The translations under genes and the position numbers were made by a program. Source: a bacterium (GTDB lineage Bacteria > Patescibacteriota > Minisyncoccia > JAUYLV01). Taken from it: a stretch of DNA of 58,974 nucleotides. The notes below the pieces were generated by a model. That model did no database searches. It worked only from the letters and a program-made list of their open reading frames with translations, and was not told the DNA's origin. Numbering within the stretch: position 1 is the stretch's first letter; the number at the start of each line of letters is the position of its first letter. Positions 9,160 to 17,729 of this stretch are shown here, piece by piece. Where the stretch lies: contig JAUYLV010000053.1 in assembly GCA_030699565.1 (NCBI GenBank), forward strand, positions 1 through 58,974, read 5' to 3'.

Positions 9160-10158
9160 TCAAACCAAAACACTTCCCACAATATCGGGGTATCCGTTCA
9201 AAAATTCCTTTGGGGATGCGGGCGATTTACCTTCCAATTGCACCAGTCGCGGGGCAAAAAGCCCTTCCGCCGTCACGATGCCAAAGCCGTTTTCATACGC
9301 GATGACAGTACCGAATGTCGGCGCGTTTTCGTCATCGGGCATATCATAAGGCACCGCATCGGCTTCAAGGATCTTGAGACGTTTCTGTTCATCGCCGCGC
9401 TTCCATATGGCGTAGATGCCCGGCCATGGGGTGAGCGCGCGCAGTTTCCGTTCCAGCGCCGCCGCGCTTTCTGCGAACGAAATTTTTCCGTCCTGGCGGC
9501 TCATTAATTTGGTGAAAGTCGCCTGCTCGTGATCTTGCGGTTTTCCCTGCATATTTTTTTCGATAATACGGGGAAGGGTCCGCACGAGCGCCAGCGCGCT
9601 CATGCGGGCAAGGCGCTTGGTTAACATGCCGGCGGTTTCTTTTTGCCGGATCTTAGTTCGGCGCTGCACCAAGAGCGGGCCATGATCAAGTTGCGCATCC
9701 ATGCGCATAATGGTAATGCCGGTTGCCTCCTCTCCGGCTAGGAGCGCTCCTTCAATGGGCGTGGCGCCACGGTATTTGGGCAACAGGGAAGGATGCATGT
9801 TGATGAATCCGTATTTAGGCACATTGAGCACCGCTTGCGGCACAATATAGCCGTAATCGGCGAGGATCGCGATGTCGGGCTGGGCTTTCCTGAATTCGCC
9901 CAGAAAGGCTTCGTCGAGTCGTTCCGGTTGCCATAGAGGCGTATGCGGCGATACGTGTGCCAGCTCCGCTTTTATGGGAGGAGGCGTCAGTTCCTGTTCG
10001 CGTCCCGCTTTGGCATCGGGAGCGGTCACGATCGCAAGAGGCCTGGCGCCCACCGCAAAAAGCGCGCGCAAGGGCGCTACGGCAAAGTCGCCGGTACCGA
10101 AATAGACAAATCGGAGATTTGCGTAAAACTGTTTTAGTTGGTCGGAAAGCTTAAGCAT
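9160..10158 (-). CDS. fmt: Methionyl-tRNA formyltransferase
   Basis: 332 aa. VYFGTGDFAVAPLRAL and HPSLLPKYRGATPI motifs. Confidence 0.9.
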   Translation of the reverse strand: MLKLSDQLKQFYANLRFVYFGTGDFAVAPLRALFAVGARPLAIVTAPDAKAGREQELTPPPIKAELAHVSPHTPLWQPERLDEAFLGEFRKAQPDIAILADYGYIVPQAVLNVPKYGFINMHPSLLPKYRGATPIEGALLAGEEATGITIMRMDAQLDHGPLLVQRRTKIRQKETAGMLTKRLARMSALALVRTLPRIIEKNMQGKPQDHEQATFTKLMSRQDGKISFAESAAALERKLRALTPWPGIYAIWKRGDEQKRLKILEADAVPYDMPDDENAPTFGTVIAYENGFGIVTAEGLFAPRLVQLEGKSPASPKEFLNGYPDIVGSVLV

Positions 10159-10228
10159 GAAATCTCATGAAGCATGAAGCGTGAAGCATATAACATATGT
10201 TTCAAGTATCATGTTTCATGTTTCAAGA
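10159..10228. repeat. TGAAGCA/TGTTTCA intercistronic hairpin element, family C copy 1
   Basis: CATGAAGCATGAAGCGTGAAGCATA..TATGTTTCAAGTATCATGTTTCATGTTTCAAG. It exactly fills the def-stop to fmt-start gap. Confidence 0.7.
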
Positions 10229-10693
10229 TCATAGCCGATCAATAAAAAGCTTTCCATTGAGGTGATCTATTTCGTGCTGCAGCACCCGCGCCAAAAGCCC
10301 CTTTGCTTCTATGCGAAACGGCTCGCCCTGGCCGTCGAGTGCCGAGACGGTGATCTGGGCCGGGCGCCGTACATCGGCGAATTTTCCGGGAACCGAGAGG
10401 CACCCCTCTTCCATAACGGCGAGTTTTTGCGAAAGGTCTTCGATGACCGGATTGATAAATACATCGGAAATTTTCGCTTCACGCGCAAGCTGCCTGTCGA
10501 TGGTGAATATCTGAAGGTCTTTGCCGACCTGATTACCCGCAAGCCCAATACCCTGCGCGGCTACCATGGTGACCCGCATGTCTTCGATCAGGGTTTGGAT
10601 CGCGGGACTCGCGATATCCATAAGCGAAAGCTCCGCAAGGCGCTTGCGGAGGATCGGTTCGGGATTAAGCGTAAGTTGAAGAATAGTGGCCAT
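10229..10693 (-). CDS. def: Peptide deformylase
   Basis: GLAGNQVG, EGCLSVPG and HEIDHLNG motifs. Start chosen at MATILQLTLNPEPILRK. Confidence 0.9.
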   Translation of the reverse strand: MATILQLTLNPEPILRKRLAELSLMDIASPAIQTLIEDMRVTMVAAQGIGLAGNQVGKDLQIFTIDRQLAREAKISDVFINPVIEDLSQKLAVMEEGCLSVPGKFADVRRPAQITVSALDGQGEPFRIEAKGLLARVLQHEIDHLNGKLFIDRL

Positions 10694-10748
10694 ACAATGC
10701 AGCCATAATACTGCGATTTCAAAGGTTTGCAAAGGCTAAAGATCCAAA

Positions 10749-12689
10749 CTAAAGCAGCTCCTTTGGATTCACATGCACCTGCCAAGATGGCGGCACATGT
10801 TCCAATAAGAGAGAGCGCGTCTCGCCGTCCACATCGGGGGGCAATTTCAATAGCAAGACATATTTCCACTTGCCCCGCTCACGCGGAATAAATGCCGGAC
10901 TTGGACCTAGTATATCAGCTTTTAACTTATCGCTTATAGCTTTCAGCTTTGCGGAAAGTTCATTAAAAAGCACTTTTGCCTCGTACGCGGCGCGCCCTTT
11001 GTCGGGGTGGGCAAAGGTTAGGCGAATTAATTCGCCAAAGGGCGGGTAGCCGAATGATTTGCGCCGCTCAATTTCTTCCTCGAAAAATGCCTTTTCATTT
11101 CCATCCGAAAAAAATTTCAACGCGGGCGTTTCCGGATCCAGTGTTTGAATAAAAAACCTTTCGGTCGCCTTGGCGCGCAGAAGCGAAAGCGTGCGCCATG
11201 CATCGGTCGCCGCGTCATAGGTGGGAAAAATAAAAAACTGATCCGCATTGACGACGACGGCGATAGCCGCCCGGTCAAGCAGCGCGTCTTTGAGCATCAT
11301 CTGCGTGCCGATGAGGATATCGGTCTTTTTTTCCCGGAAAGCGGCCAGCGCGGATTCGAGGTCCGATTCTTTTTTAATGCGGTCGCTGTCGATCCGCGCA
11401 ATGCGGGCTTCGGGAACGAGTTTTTTCAGGTCGGCCTCGATCTGCACGGTTCCGGATCCGATCGGCCAGATCCGGTAACTTTTGCATTTCGGGCATTGCT
11501 TCGGCGGCGAAACTTCCTTGTAGCAATGATGACAGCGAAGGGATCCGAGAGCGGTTTGGGAAAATGTCTTTGACGGATGCAGCGCAAGCGCCACATTGCA
11601 ATCCGCGCATCGCGGGATATAGCCGCAGGCATGGCATACCAAGGCGCCCGCGACACCCTTTCGGTTCATAAGAATGATGGCCTGCTTACGGGATGCGGTA
11701 TCCGCGCTTTGGTCGAATGGCCGCTCTCCACGAATTGCTCGCCGCAACGCATCCTTGACCGGGGTGGTAAGCGGATGTCGCGATCCCCAGTATTTCTGGT
11801 ATCGCAGATCGATAAGTTCGATTGAGGGAGTGTTCCCTGCAGCCTCGGAAGCCGTGGGCGACGAGATGGTCTTGGACGGATGGGAGATCGTCGGCGCAAC
11901 ATCTCCGAAGATGATTTTAGCGCCATGCAGTTTTGCAAGTTTTTTTGCCGTCTCCACGGCATCGTATCGCGGCGTACGCCCCCATGCTTCATATCCGGGC
12001 GCGCCTGCCTGCTCAACAATGACAAGCTCCAGGCGTCTGAAGGGAAGGAACAAAGCCGAGCGGGTTCCTATGACAAGCAGGGGATTGGCCTGATGGAGCT
12101 TGTCTGAAATTTGCAGGCGCGCTTTTTTACTTGTACTGCTCTTAAAGAGTGAAATCTGCGATCCGATTTCCGAATCGGCGGAGAGTTCTTTGGCGTATGC
12201 TTTTGCCGTAAGCACGTCCGGACACAGCAGAAGCGCCTGCATGCCCTCCGCCAAGGATTGTTTTACTTGCACGCGGTATTCCGAAAGGCGGTCCGGCCCT
12301 TCGGCGAAGTGTGTCAAACCGGAAGGGGCATGCATAATATTGTTTTCGGTGGTGGTGCTTGCCTGCGGTATGCATAATCCCATCGTTTTACCCAATGAGG
12401 CCCAGTACCGTTTTGATATCCAGAGCGCAAGCGCGATTTCTTGCTCCGTATATGCGGCTTGTTCCGATATGACTTTTCGAATGCTTTTGAATAAAACGGC
12501 GCTTTTGCGAATTTCAAATTTAGAACCGCCTATCGGCCGTGTTTCAAGCGCTACGGCTTCGATAGTGCGCCGACCCATGGGAACCTCCACTAAAGCTCCC
12601 TTCGCCAGGATGCGCGGACTGAAATACGAATACACCTGCGGATGCGGCCGCGGAATGGTTGCCAAAGGTATGACGTCGACGATATGCAT
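10749..12689 (-). CDS. priA: Primosomal protein N' (PriA) homologue with degenerate ATPase motifs
   Basis: 646 aa. Collinear with E. coli PriA (LVIGTRSALFLPF, ILIGTQMMLKD, Zn-binding CHACGYIPRCADC..CHHC..CPKC). Walker A reads GPDRLSEY and DEEH reads VEQAG. Confidence 0.8.
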   Translation of the reverse strand: MHIVDVIPLATIPRPHPQVYSYFSPRILAKGALVEVPMGRRTIEAVALETRPIGGSKFEIRKSAVLFKSIRKVISEQAAYTEQEIALALWISKRYWASLGKTMGLCIPQASTTTENNIMHAPSGLTHFAEGPDRLSEYRVQVKQSLAEGMQALLLCPDVLTAKAYAKELSADSEIGSQISLFKSSTSKKARLQISDKLHQANPLLVIGTRSALFLPFRRLELVIVEQAGAPGYEAWGRTPRYDAVETAKKLAKLHGAKIIFGDVAPTISHPSKTISSPTASEAAGNTPSIELIDLRYQKYWGSRHPLTTPVKDALRRAIRGERPFDQSADTASRKQAIILMNRKGVAGALVCHACGYIPRCADCNVALALHPSKTFSQTALGSLRCHHCYKEVSPPKQCPKCKSYRIWPIGSGTVQIEADLKKLVPEARIARIDSDRIKKESDLESALAAFREKKTDILIGTQMMLKDALLDRAAIAVVVNADQFFIFPTYDAATDAWRTLSLLRAKATERFFIQTLDPETPALKFFSDGNEKAFFEEEIERRKSFGYPPFGELIRLTFAHPDKGRAAYEAKVLFNELSAKLKAISDKLKADILGPSPAFIPRERGKWKYVLLLKLPPDVDGETRSLLLEHVPPSWQVHVNPKELL

Positions 12690-12717
12690 AGGGGCATTGT
12701 AGCAGATTGTATTTTGA

Positions 12718-12747
12718 TTGACGAAGTCGGTTTTGACGTGCTAGATT
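12718..12747 (+). promoter_or_regulatory. Candidate sigma70-type promoter
   Basis: TTGACG, 18-nt spacer, TAGATT, about 40 nt upstream of the AAGGAGG SD of the 12790 gene. Confidence 0.4.
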
Positions 12748-12789
12748 TAACGCCAAATTAAACGGTCTTTTACATAAAAAGGAGGCAGT

Positions 12790-13269
12790 ATGTATCGTTT
12801 CGGCGATAAGTCGCTGCACGATCTGACGCCAACGCAACTTGTTGAGTCGCGTATTCCCAATCAACAAGTCACGTGCATTTGGGTCGGTTTTTCCAGCGAA
12901 CACGAGCGGCATTATGAAGCGGTATTCGTCTTCGAGCCTCATTCTGCCATACGCAGTACGCCCTATATTTTGTTAAGCAGTAAAGACGGTGATGCTCCGG
13001 ATCTGATTCAAGTCGCAAAAATTTTGGCAAAAGATCTTCGCTGCCGCCTCGAAGGTCGTGTCACGAATCGGCCAGGCGATATCTGCACCACGATCGAAAT
13101 CCGCAATATTCCCGACAATCGCCAATTATGGCTTGCGACAAAATGTATCACGCTCTTCGCAAAACACTTTTTCAAAGTGAAGATTATCTCTGCTTACTAT
13201 AATACCGCGCTACCGGATCGACTCATCGGGACGTGTCGGGCCAAAGAGACTTCGCCGCTGTCAAAATAA
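12790..13269 (+). CDS. Hypothetical protein
   Basis: 159 aa with a strong SD (AAAAGGAGG 6 nt upstream of the ATG) and a terminator downstream. I recognise no family motif. Confidence 0.6.
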   Translation: MYRFGDKSLHDLTPTQLVESRIPNQQVTCIWVGFSSEHERHYEAVFVFEPHSAIRSTPYILLSSKDGDAPDLIQVAKILAKDLRCRLEGRVTNRPGDICTTIEIRNIPDNRQLWLATKCITLFAKHFFKVKIISAYYNTALPDRLIGTCRAKETSPLSK

Positions 13270-13276
13270 TAAACTC

Positions 13277-13304
13277 AACCGCTTTCATCACTGGCGGTTT
13301 TTTC
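13277..13304 (+). terminator. Weak intrinsic terminator
   Basis: AACCGC..GCGGTT stem followed by TTTTTTC. Confidence 0.45.
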
Positions 13305-13328
13305 TTAAGCGAATTATCTGTACAAGAT

Positions 13329-13357
13329 AAAAGAAAAACCGTCTCCTCGGAGACGGT
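13329..13357 (-). terminator. Intrinsic terminator for the tdk / small-ORF unit
   Basis: ACCGTCTCC/GGAGACGGT stem with a T-run on the minus strand, 5 nt after the stop of the 13363-13590 ORF. Confidence 0.7.
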
Positions 13358-13362
13358 ACATA

Positions 13363-13590
13363 TCAACAACGGTCAACAACGGCAATTGCCCAATCTACGC
13401 GCCTGCATTGCAAGCGCCTTTCGAGTGTTCGTAACTTTTTTATGACAAGCTTTATTTTCCAGCTTGGAAGAAACAACACATGCCCGTGCAAGATCACATA
13501 GCTGTCGAGAACGCGATTTCGCAAGTGGGTGATGCGCCTTTCGATACAGCTGATTTTCAAAGAAAGCAGAAAAACTTTTATGCGTCCCAT
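13363..13590 (-). CDS. Small hypothetical protein (75 aa) co-transcribed with tdk
   Basis: SD AAAGGAGA 4 nt upstream of the ATG. It starts 22 nt after the tdk stop and is followed directly by a terminator. No recognisable motif. Confidence 0.4.
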   Translation of the reverse strand: MGRIKVFLLSLKISCIERRITHLRNRVLDSYVILHGHVLFLPSWKIKLVIKKLRTLERRLQCRRVDWAIAVVDRC

Positions 13591-13614
13591 AGGTCTCCTT
13601 TCAGTATTTTCATT

Positions 13615-14229
13615 TCAAATCATCGCCGGTTTTCCCGGCAGCTTGAAGCATGCATAGCATCTTGGCTCGTACGAATCTTTGCCGCCTACCAAAATTTCTG
13701 GAGAATCGAATGGCGCGGGTTCCCCGTCGATGATGCGCTGGGGAATGGATGCTTCGGCACCGCATTGCGCGCATCGGGAATTCAAGATAATGATGTCGTT
13801 GATGCCGCTGCATAATCCTACGAGCGATAGCGTGCAGCCGAAGGGCTTGCCGCGAAAGTTGAGCCGCAAACCCGCCGCAATGACGTCGTAACCGTGCGCC
13901 AACAGGTCATCCACGATATCGAAACCCGCAGGGAAAAACTGGACTTCGTCTATGACGATGACGTGATAGGCTTCTCCCGCCTTCTGTTCCTCGTCTCGGA
14001 TGCGCTTAAAGACGGCTTTTGGATCGGCTGCGGGCACTTCGAGCGCGGGCATCTGCTTGCCGTGAAAGTTGCGAAGCATGCCCTTCGGACTTCGCGTGTC
14101 CACGTCGGGTTTTACCACCAAAATCCGCTTGCGCCCGAATTCGCGCAGCGTTTCGATCTCGTGGATCAAAAATCCCGTCTTATTGGCGAACATATTGCCG
14201 ATGATGAGGCGTAATTTTCCGCGATGCAT
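13615..14229 (-). CDS. tdk: Thymidine kinase
   Basis: 204 aa. P-loop-like GNMFANKT, VIVIDEVQFF, and C-terminal zinc ribbon CAQCG...CYAC. Confidence 0.85.
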   Translation of the reverse strand: MHRGKLRLIIGNMFANKTGFLIHEIETLREFGRKRILVVKPDVDTRSPKGMLRNFHGKQMPALEVPAADPKAVFKRIRDEEQKAGEAYHVIVIDEVQFFPAGFDIVDDLLAHGYDVIAAGLRLNFRGKPFGCTLSLVGLCSGINDIIILNSRCAQCGAEASIPQRIIDGEPAPFDSPEILVGGKDSYEPRCYACFKLPGKPAMI

Positions 14230-14308
14230 AGCCTGTCTATTTAATCATGCCGACAGACTTCGTCAAGGAAAATATTTCGGCTTGACCCCGTATTGGTTAT
14301 AGAAATAA

Positions 14309-14340
14309 AAAAACGCTTATCATCTCGTGAGCGTTTTTAT
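14309..14340 (-). terminator. Intrinsic terminator
   Basis: AAACGCT...AGCGTTT stem with TTTTTT on the minus strand, downstream of the 14379 stop. Confidence 0.6.
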
Positions 14341-14378
14341 GAATGGAAAATTTAAATCCCCGTAACCAATGGCATGCA

Positions 14379-14567
14379 TTATGCAGAATATGCCTGCCGC
14401 ATGCTTCCGTCGGGAAAGATCACCAGCCACGCCAATTGAGCGCCTGGTGCGATGACTCGCTGCGCTCTTTTTGTGGCGCGCGCTCTTCTTCGCAATGTCT
14501 CCAGCCTCCGGTTTGTTAATCTGCGACAGCTACACACGATGGTATCAGGATCTTTTTTGCATCTCAT
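14379..14567 (-). CDS. Small basic Cys-containing hypothetical protein (62 aa)
   Basis: MRCKKDPDTIVCSCRRL..., with AAGGGGT 8 nt upstream of the ATG and a terminator after the stop. No known motif. Confidence 0.3.
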   Translation of the reverse strand: MRCKKDPDTIVCSCRRLTNRRLETLRRRARATKRAQRVIAPGAQLAWLVIFPDGSMRQAYSA

Positions 14568-14694
14568 GATATGCACCCCTTTTTTTAAGAACCATGATGA
14601 AGATACCAAGGAATTAAAGGGCGGTCAAAGGATACATGCGAGGCGATTGCCTTTTGACGCATTACACGATTGCGGAACATAAAAACGCTCAATG

Positions 14695-15303
14695 TCACAT
14701 TGAGCGTTGGCGGCGGATTATTTCGGCGGCTTCCAAAAGATCTATGGCGCGCGCATCGGCGTACGTTGTGGTTTTTTGCGTCTCCCAAAAGGGTGGCTGG
14801 CGAAGCTGGATGCAGAACATCTGCGGATGGCGCAATTTCATCTTTTCGATCTCACGCGGGGCATCATCCAAAAAGAAGTCTTCGTTGGATGGCGCATCCA
14901 GAGAGTCCGCTTTGTGGCCGATGGTGACGTGGATTCGGCTGAAATAGGCATCCAGGTCATTCGCCTGGATCTTGAGCATCTGAAATTCGGGATCTCCGCT
15001 CGTCAGAATGGCGAGGATTGACCTGTCGAAGTTGAACAAAAAATCATGTACATCGGGGAAGACGATGCCGCCCTCTTCCGCGCATTCGATTATTTTATGG
15101 ACAAACGCTTCGCCGATAGTAAGATGTCGCGCAAGCACCGCATGATGGTTTTGGGGAGAATAATAGCCGAATTCTTTCATGACGATTCGGGCGGTTTCTT
15201 CGTAGAGCGCCTGCGGAACGCCAAGGGCTTCGGTCGCATCCTGCTGGCGTTTGGCCAGGCGGAGTGAATCAATGAGGACGTTATCAAGATCGCAATAGAT
15301 CAT
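14695..15303 (-). CDS. HAD-superfamily hydrolase
   Basis: 202 aa. Motif I MIYCDLDNVLIDS (DxD). Confidence 0.7.
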   Translation of the reverse strand: MIYCDLDNVLIDSLRLAKRQQDATEALGVPQALYEETARIVMKEFGYYSPQNHHAVLARHLTIGEAFVHKIIECAEEGGIVFPDVHDFLFNFDRSILAILTSGDPEFQMLKIQANDLDAYFSRIHVTIGHKADSLDAPSNEDFFLDDAPREIEKMKLRHPQMFCIQLRQPPFWETQKTTTYADARAIDLLEAAEIIRRQRSM

Positions 15304-15495
15304 TGCCTACTCCTTGTGGCTTGATTCGCTTTTTTGCATGGTAATGAGCATTTGCATTGTAGCACGGAAAAGCACGATTCCGTCAAAGGCTTCAAATCAT
15401 CCGCTATCGCGCATTATTGAAGCCATGCGATTTTACACCTCTTTGTCTATGCCTCTTTGTTTGCTGCGGCGGGAGCCGTGCGGTATGCTTGAGGC

Positions 15496-16113
15496 ATGTC
15501 GAAACATCGAATTTTTATCGCCATTACCGTTCCCGAAAATGTCCGGCGCAGGCTTATGAAGGAAGTTGAGCCGTGGCGCGATTTGCCGATCCGGTGGGCG
15601 GCGCCTGCAAATATCCATGCGACGCTTCTTTTCATCGGCAATGTCGATGAGGATGAGTTGGCGCGCATCGCTTTGATGTTGCCGGGGGCGGTAGAGGGTG
15701 TTGAGATATTTGATGTCACATTGCATAAGATCGGTATCGGACCGAATGCGCGCATGCCGCGCATGGTATGGGCGGAAGGGGAAACGTCGCAAGAGCTTGT
15801 GGAACTCCAAAAGCGTATTCAGGAGGTTGTGGTAGGCGATCGGACCGTGTACGACGATGACGGCTTTCAAGATAGCGATGTCGAGGATCGCGGGTTGAAA
15901 GCAAAAAAAGGAATGTCCGGCGATAAATCGTTTCGCCTCCATGTTACGCTCGGACGGATGATACCGTTTAAGTGGCAAAAACTTGACCCAAAACCCGATA
16001 TCGGAAAAGACGCGCATATCTCATTTCCCATACGTTCCGTTGAACTCATGGAGAGCGATCTGGGGCCGGAGGGACCGGCATATACCATTCTGCAATCAAT
16101 ACCATTCGATTAG
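15496..16113 (+). CDS. thpR: RNA 2',3'-cyclic phosphodiesterase (2H phosphoesterase, LigT/ThpR)
   Basis: 205 aa. Two HxT motifs (IHATLLF and LHVTLGR). Confidence 0.8.
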   Translation: MSKHRIFIAITVPENVRRRLMKEVEPWRDLPIRWAAPANIHATLLFIGNVDEDELARIALMLPGAVEGVEIFDVTLHKIGIGPNARMPRMVWAEGETSQELVELQKRIQEVVVGDRTVYDDDGFQDSDVEDRGLKAKKGMSGDKSFRLHVTLGRMIPFKWQKLDPKPDIGKDAHISFPIRSVELMESDLGPEGPAYTILQSIPFD

Positions 16114-16115
16114 CT

Positions 16116-16350
16116 ATAAGGTCTGTTGCCGAATGTCAACCCGCTCCAACCACATCCTTTCGGGCTATATGCTCCGGTGGAGCATATAGCGGGAAGCTAC
16201 CATGTTTCTGAAATATGATACGGCTTCCCGGGATGCAAACCGCTCATCGCTCCTCAACATATTTTAGTCAAATATGCTTCGTCGCGCTTTGCGGACTCGC
16301 CCAAAAGGATGCGATTTGGCTACGAAAGCAAATTCAGTAACAGACCTTAT
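16116..16350. mobile_element. MITE-like element with 14-bp terminal inverted repeats
   Basis: ATAAGGTCTGTTGC (16116-16129) versus GTAACAGACCTTAT (16337-16350), 13/14 complementary. Interior has a perfect 12-bp hairpin GCTATATGCTCC-GGT-GGAGCATATAGC (16164-16190). Confidence 0.6.
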
Positions 16351-16354
16351 TATT

Positions 16355-17062
16355 ATGCGTTATTCCATTTGTTCCGTTCCCGTCGATGCGGCAACGAAAA
16401 AAGAAGCGCTCGAACGCTGCCGCGGATTTTTACGCGACGGCGCGCAGCATTATGTTGTCACGATCAATCCGGAGATTGCCGTTGAAGCGGAAAATAATAT
16501 TGCGTTCTACGATGTTCTTCGACGAAGCGATTTGGCGCTGGCGGATGGCGCGGGCATCGCGCTTGCGGCGCGATGGCTAGAGAGCGTTTCACTCGAGCGC
16601 ATAACGGGTGTCGATTTTATGCAGGATCTTTGCGCGCTCGCCCAGGACGAAGGCGCGAAGGTATTTTTTCTTGGCGGGAGGAAAGGTGTAGCCGCAAAGA
16701 CGGCCGAAGCGATGCAAAAGCGGTTTCCGCGGTTGCGCATCGCCGGATGGAGCGACGAGCCAGCTGGCGATCTTGCGATTCGGCATGTCGATGTGCTTTT
16801 TATCGCCTTCGGCGCGCCAAAGCAGGAGCTGTGGATCGCCGAAAACCTGCCGAAATTGCCCGAGATTAAAATAGCCATGGGGGTGGGAGGCGCTTTCGAC
16901 ATGATTTCGGAAAACAAAAAACGAGCTCCGCATATCATGCGAAAACTCGCTTTGGAATGGCTGTGGCGCCTCATACGGGAACCGTCGAGGATTCGCCGCA
17001 TGTTTCGCGCGCTTATCGTGTTTCCGTTGCTTGCGATCCGGTATCGTCGGGCAGCGCGGTGA
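16355..17062 (+). CDS. WecB/TagA/CpsF-family glycosyltransferase (GT26)
   Basis: Start chosen at MRYSICSVPVD, after the repeat element. Motif LFIAFGAPKQELWIAEN. Confidence 0.75.
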   Translation: MRYSICSVPVDAATKKEALERCRGFLRDGAQHYVVTINPEIAVEAENNIAFYDVLRRSDLALADGAGIALAARWLESVSLERITGVDFMQDLCALAQDEGAKVFFLGGRKGVAAKTAEAMQKRFPRLRIAGWSDEPAGDLAIRHVDVLFIAFGAPKQELWIAENLPKLPEIKIAMGVGGAFDMISENKKRAPHIMRKLALEWLWRLIREPSRIRRMFRALIVFPLLAIRYRRAAR

Positions 17063-17666
17063 CCGCCGCAATGCGCTTGCGCAGTTGGCGATGGAGCGAT
17101 GGCTCCTCCGTGACGCGCGTCGAGGCGAGCGCGTTGCGAAGCAAGGCAAGGATATGCTCTTTTCTGCCGAACCGGGCCACATAGCAATCGATCGCGATAT
17201 CTTCTTGGACCGGTTTCCAGAGCAGGCGATATCCGGACATGATGAAGAGCCAATGCTGCAGGAGTGGACGCCACCGGTACCGCCTTCGATAAAAAGCTAT
17301 CTGGCGCATGAGCACTATTTCAAGATCTTCCGTGGAATATTCCACGCACTCGGGTGTGACAACGATGGAATAGTGGACGGAGAATATATCGTGAAAAGAT
17401 CCGATGCCCGATCCCTCTTTCATAAAAGTAATTCTGGGCATGGGAACCTTGCAGCGTTCGGTGAGCGCGGGAAGGATTCGGTTCAAGTTTTGGAATAATT
17501 GCCAGCCAAATGCGGCATCAAAACGGAGGAGTCTTTCGGGATGCTCCGCTTTGCGCATTTGGGGCTTAAATACGCTCAGATGGTATAGGGTTGCATATCC
17601 GATGAAAAGTCCGATGGTTAAAGCCGATATGTAGCCCAATAACCAAGGCATGGTCTGGTTAAGCAT
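17013..17666 (-). CDS. Hypothetical membrane protein
   Basis: Start chosen at MLNQTMPWLLGY, because the longer ORF would overlap murC. One N-terminal TM. Its end overlaps the convergent GT26 gene by 50 nt. Confidence 0.45.
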   Translation of the reverse strand: MLNQTMPWLLGYISALTIGLFIGYATLYHLSVFKPQMRKAEHPERLLRFDAAFGWQLFQNLNRILPALTERCKVPMPRITFMKEGSGIGSFHDIFSVHYSIVVTPECVEYSTEDLEIVLMRQIAFYRRRYRWRPLLQHWLFIMSGYRLLWKPVQEDIAIDCYVARFGRKEHILALLRNALASTRVTEEPSLHRQLRKRIAAVTALPDDTGSQATETR

Positions 17667-17729
17667 GGTGCGCGCCTCCTCGGTGTTATATGATTGTAAA
17701 AGAAGATTAAGCAAGCATATACTTTTTTC

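Noticed and set aside
16507-17274. Long antisense ORFs inside well-supported genes (16507-17274, 20389-21111, 4570-5304, 46489-47262, 53857-54528, 33417-34253, 12100-12702)
   Set aside because: Each overlaps a gene with strong family motifs on the other strand. The translations are low-complexity (Arg/Ala/Ser/Pro-rich), as expected for antisense frames in moderately GC-rich coding DNA.
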